The notes under the pieces: model-generated
What the model was told of the DNA's origin: nothing
The model's database searches: none
What the model saw: the letters and a program-made list of their open reading frames with translations, nothing else
NCBI RefSeq assembly: GCF_000143415.4
Contig: NW_003314321.1
Coordinates: 692,236 to 756,235, forward strand
From: Selaginella moellendorffii
Taxonomy: Eukaryota; Plantae; Lycopodiophyta
Direction of reading: 5' to 3'
Length of the DNA stretch: 64,000 nt
Position numbers and translations under genes: made by a program
Part shown: one piece after another, positions 59,019 through 64,000 of the stretch
Layout: every line of letters starts with the position of its first letter
How positions within the stretch are numbered: position 1 is the first letter of the stretch

Positions 59019-60895
59019 ATGGCTGCTGGATCTCCAAGAGATGAGGAGAAGCCTCTCCTCCATTACGTCAGCAGCATAAGTCATCCATGGGTCGTTTCAA
59101 AGCAAGCGCTTCTCCTCTCTTTGCTGCTCAATCTCCTCCTGGCTTTCGCAGTCGCGGTGTTGTTCCTTCAATCAGAGTTCTTCCACCTTGGACGATCTGC
59201 TGGTGTTTTAAGATCTTCCAGAGATTATCACTGGACGAGCAAGGCATCCGCAGAAGGCCGCGGCAATTCCTTGCTCGGGCCATGGACGAGTCTTCCTGGA
59301 CACCATCCTTGCGGCAAATGGAGAGCCTTCGTGCGAGTGTAACAGGTGCTTCGCTGGGACAGATTGCTCGAGCAAGATCAAAAATTGCAACGCAAAAGTC
59401 GATAGGTACGCTTTCAAGATACTTTCAAAGTCTCTAGAGTCGAAAACTAAGTTCCAAGCTTGATCACGGTATTGACAGTGGTGATCCAATGTTCTTGGAG
59501 CCCTTTTGGGACGCGAATGCCGAGGCTGGAGCAGTAGTGATCCCGCCAGTTCACCGGATGAGCTACCTCACCGAGGCCACGGCGGAGGGGAGGAGGATCA
59601 CGCTGGAGCTGGAGAGGCTCATCCGGCAAGTCCACGAGTTCGTGGGAAATGCCGTAATCAAAGACAAGTTCATCGTGATTGGGACTGGATCCATGGAGCT
59701 CATCAACGCTGCTGTCGCTAGCCTAGCTCCAATTGCCTCAAACACCCTTCCAAAATCACCACCAGCGCTCGTCGTGTCACGAGCTCCATACTACCAGGTA
59801 AGATTTCTTGGAGAACTCTTTCTCAAACTTTTTTATTTTTCTATAAGGCGTACCAAATGCAAACGGAGTTCTTCGCTTCCACACAATACATTTGGGGTGG
59901 CGAGCCATCCATCGCTGCCAAAAAGTTTGCAAACACTGGCTCAACTTTTATCGAGTTTGTGGCGGCTCCAAACAATCCGGACGCGAGCATGAAAGAGCCC
60001 GAGCTCAAGTTTAATGGATCGTTCACGGTTTTCGATCGAGCTTACTACTGGCCGCACTACTCTCCCATTTTCAAGGCCATGGACGACGATGTTATGCTCT
60101 TCACTCTCTCCAAGCTCACCGGACACGCAGGAAGCAGGCTCGGGTAAACTTATTTGACCTTTTCCTCGTCTTTCTTGTTAGAGTTCTTCATCCTTGTAAT
60201 CACTTGAGTCTGCTGTACTTGTTTTTGGTGGTTTTGTTGTTGGTCTTCAGTTTTTTGTTCTCTTTTCTTGTTTGATAAGATCTCTGTGTATTTTCTTGCA
60301 GCTGGGCGATTGTCAAGGATCCAAAAGTTTATGCTAGACTCTCACAATATGTGTTGCTAAACACGAATGGAGTTTCTCATGACACACAGCTTCGAGCGTC
60401 GCGGCTGCTGAGAGCTGTCCTGGAAGGCTACTCAACTACTGGAGCCAAAACAGGAGTGCGAGATCCTCAAGTTTATGCAAAGTCGCAGCATATTTTTCAC
60501 TTTGCACAATCAGTCATGAATTCTCGATGGCAGAAACTCGAGAAGATTTTTGCAAGGTCGATGCAGTTCTCTTTGCAATATGTGGAAGCTCAACAGTGTA
60601 ACTTCTTCAAAGCTATTATCTCGCCATCTCCAGGTAACTAAAGAGCTTCAAAAACAGATCTTTCGTTCTTAATGTTTTTGATAATTTCGCAGCTTATGCA
60701 TGGGTCAAATGTGAAGATCCAGGCTTGATCATGAACTCGAGCTGCTTCAACGTTTTCAAGAACGCAGGGATCATTGGACGCGCTGGTGGATATGGCGATG
60801 AGCGAGATAATTCTTACGTTAGATTTGCACTCCTCATTGGCAACGATGACTTTGACAACTTCATGGAGCATCTCAACAAATTTCTCACAGAATGA
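59019..60895 (+). CDS. Tryptophan aminotransferase-related / alliinase-family PLP enzyme (TAR3/4-like, with TM and EGF-like domain); apparent frameshift at about 59256
   Basis: CSGHGRVFLD...CECNRCFAGTDCS (EGF-like), GDPMFLEPFW, PNNPD, DRAYYWPHY and the PLP-lysine motif FTLSKLTGHAGSRLGWA. Confidence 0.88.
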
Positions 60896-61059
60896 TCAAC
60901 ACTTCATTGATCTTACAGCCATACTATAGAAATCATACTTCAACTACTTATTGAAGTTAGTATGGCTTGATTTGCCAAGTTTTCCAACCATTAAAGACAT
61001 AAATACGATGTCACTAGTATGAATATCAATTAACATTAGTCCAGTTTTATAGCATATCT

Positions 61060-61367
61060 CTCACTTCAGGCGACCTGGATGATAGAAGATTTTTGCAGAA
61101 GATTGATTCAGTTGTCTTTGCAAAATGTGGAAGCTCAACAGTGTAACTTCTTCAAAACCAGCATCTCCCCATTGCTCTTGATCATTTCACAGCTTATGCA
61201 TGGGTCAAATGCAGTTTGGATCACAAATTCGAGCTGCTTCGACATTTTCAAGAACGTGGGATCATTGGACCGGCAGTGACGATGGGAACCAATATATTTA
61301 TCAAAGGCATGATCAACACTTCATTTGGTATGGTTTTTGTATCTCTATGGAACTTGGCAAATCAAGC
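61060..61367 (+). pseudogene. Partial tandem duplicate of the last two exons and 3' end of the TAR/alliinase gene
   Basis: SLQNVEAQQCNFFK and AYAWVKC are repeated, with deletions. Confidence 0.85.
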
Positions 61368-61451
61368 TTGCTAAATTGAAGTTTAGTTTTTGTACAGTTA
61401 CAGGAGCAGCCAACCAAGCTCCGCTATTGCGAAGCTAAAGGGATGCAACAC

Positions 61452-64000
61452 TGTTGGATGCGGCCATAGCTTCTTGGGAATTCCAGCCACACATTGACAC
61501 CTCATGTCGAAAGCCACATGCCGTAAGAAGTAAAAATCCTCCAGGAAAACAAGTAGGTTGACACCCATGACAACCCATGGCAGGTGGTAATCAGAATTTG
61601 CTCCCATGAAAATCATGAAGCTGCTTCACCACCACCCCACTTATTGCCTTCAAGAGCCCACTCTCGTGGTCGATCCAGTAGCACCAGCCCCCCATCATCT
61701 ATCCACCTGCTTAAAAGTGCGGTGTTGTCAATGCAGCACAGCATGGCCACCATGATCCTCGACCCACAGCGGAACGGAAACGCACGGCAGTAAGTGTAGC
61801 CGGCCAACTCCTCCGGCTTTGGAAACACTAGCAAGCCTTGTTTGCCTTGCTCAGAGATGCCGATCCTACTCCAGTCGCCAGCGGGAGGCATGTCTCTTGC
61901 CACCTGCGACGTCACTTCCCGAGTCGAAGGTGTGAAGGTGGTGGCGGCCACGCTCATTGTAGATGTGTTTTTGTGTGCGGAATGCTTTGTCGACTTCATT
62001 GCTTTGGTATGGTTATGTACATAATAGTATGGGTGTGATGCTTGGCAGTTGGTGTCTTGGATGAACAACTTGTCTTCTTTGCTGATGTGGAGACTTGTCA
62101 TCACTTGTTTCCACACTCCTCCTCAAGGCTCACACTGTCAGTGAAACAGAGTGAATTGAGGAAGAGTTCATGCTTCACTCGAGGCAAAGACTTCGTTAGG
62201 ATATTAGTGACCATTGAGCTGGTCGGACAGAATTCCAGGTTGATTTTTCCATTGTTGACTTGATCCTAGATGAAATGGAACCTCAACTCAATGTGCTTGG
62301 TGTGTGAGTGAAATCTCTCATCCCATTGCCAACATATTGTCATAGTAGAATTTGACTGCTGGAATTTGAATCCGAGGTCCTGTAGCAACGTCTTAAGCTA
62401 GATGGCCTCTTTTGCTGCTGCTGCAGCTGCGATGTATTTAGATTCACATGAGGACATTGCAGTGATCTGCTGCCTCCTGGAACACCAACTAACCATGTTA
62501 TGGTTATACATGAAGACATACCTTGAAGTGGATCTTCTGTCATCTGGATCTCCTGCCCAGTCTACATCTGTGAATCCCACCAGGCCGTTGTCTCCATCTC
62601 CTCTTGCATATTTCAGTGTGAATTTCCTTGTGCCACTCATATACCTCATGATTCGCTTCACAGTGGCCCAATGTGAGGGTGATGGATTGTCCAGGAACTT
62701 TGAGACTACTCCCACACTGAATGTGAGGTCAGGCCTAGTTGAGACCATCAAGTAGATGAGGCTCCCGACCACTGAATGGTACAGTGTTGTGGTCTTCTCC
62801 TCGGGAGTGTCATCAGAGGTTGATGTCAAACTAAAAGCCTTGGACAACTTTGAGCTTGCTTCCATAGGAGTAACCACCGGATTAGCGTTAAGCATAGAGT
62901 ACCTTTGGAGAATGTCATGGATGTATTTCTCCTGGGAGAGCTCAAGTACTCCACGTTGCCTATCCCGGAAGACTTGAATTCCCAGACAGTAGTGCAAGTT
63001 TCCTAGATCAGTCATCTCAAATTTAGCAGTGAGAGAGGCCTTGATGTGGATGAGTTATATATGGTTGGAGGCTAATATTGTATCGTCCACATATAAGGCT
63101 AAGAATAGAAACCCTTGGCCATCTTGATATATGTAGAGATTATTATCAGTTGTGCTGCGAGTAAAGCCCTATGAGGTCAGAAAGCTGTTAATTTTAGTGT
63201 ACCATGAGGGGCTTTGTTTCAGCCTGTAGAGAGCCTTGCAAGCGGCAGACAAGATGCTCCTGTCTGGGATGTATAAACCCAGGAGGCTGGGCAATGTACA
63301 CCTCCTCCTCAAGATCGCCGTTCAGGAAAGCAGTTCTCACATCAAGTTAATGGAGATCCTGGTCGAGCTCAGCTACAAGGCTCATCAAAACATGAATTGT
63401 TGTTAGCTTTACAACAGGGCTATAAGTTTCAGAGTAATCAACTCCCTGGATCTGAGAGAAACCACAAGCTACAAAGCATGCCTTGTAGCGCTCAATGCTG
63501 CCATCAGCTCAATATTTCTTCTTGAACAGCCACTTGGCTGTGACTGCCTTCCTGCTGGGAGGGAGGGGAACCAATGTCCAGGTTCCATTCTTGATCAGTG
63601 AGTCATACTCGTCTTGCATGGCCGCTTGCCACTGTGAGGCATCAGGATTGGAGAGAGCAGCCCAGTAGCCATGAGGTTCAGCAATGGAGCTCATGGCCCA
63701 GTAGAATCCCTTCTTGTGTGGAGCTTGAGCAAGAGATTCTAGAGCTTTGACTGTTGGCTTGCTCACTCATCCTGAATGGGTAATAGCTCCAATCTCTTGA
63801 CGAGGTGGTGGTGTCATGAGAGAATCTAGAGGAGGTGAGCGGGAAGATCCTCCAACTATTTCTTCACCAACAAACAGCTCGTCCACAGTGGCAGCAAGAT
63901 TTTGCTCACTAGATGAAGTAGTATTGCTGCAAAGTGACCAGAGGAACTGGTAGCAACGGAGTTGCTGGAGAAGGCTCATCACCATGTGGAGGAGGTGTTC
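61452..64000 (-). mobile_element. Ty1/Copia retrotransposon (decayed RT-RNase H, PPT, 3' LTR at about 61452-62115); continues beyond the window
   Basis: W..AM..EYDSL..NGTW.LVPLP, DLH*LDVRTAFLNG, LYVDD, GFTDVDWAGDPDDRRSTS and HTKHIELRFHF. PPT GAGGAGGAG abuts TGTGG at 62115. The LTR ends ...TCCAACA. Confidence 0.92.

Noticed and set aside
27634-60895. Functional cluster of growth/hormone genes (LAZY, ARGOS, MAPKKK, TAR)
   Set aside because: They are interspersed with unrelated genes and TEs, and co-location is expected by chance in a gene-dense genome.

Overview
Plant nuclear DNA, most likely the lycophyte Selaginella. This is inferred from very short GT-AG introns, tiny intergenic spacers, intronless PLS-PPR genes made of 31-aa SS-type motifs, and a ciliary Tctex1-type dynein light chain alongside ndhO and CesA. 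Recognisable genes are cellulose synthase (CesA), ndhO, DRP3 dynamin, a TCTEX1D2-like light chain, cyclin H, a LAZY/DRO1 (IGT) gene, a PI-PLC X-domain protein, five PLS-E PPR genes, an ARGOS/OSR-like gene, a MEKK-type MAPKKK and a frameshifted TAR/alliinase-family aminotransferase. Repeats include a tandem array of Cassandra-type TRIMs whose LTRs carry a 5S rRNA promoter segment, an AT-decayed non-autonomous LTR element, a solo LTR and a decayed Copia. The region at 47.5-52.8 kb is a scrambled duplication. It holds two divergent tRNA-Ala genes with different anticodons and a decayed gene that appears to combine a PD-(D/E)xK nuclease fold with a fungal-type (FunK1-like) kinase. All calls come from reading the sequence and from remembered family motifs. 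No searches were run, and exon boundaries are approximate.
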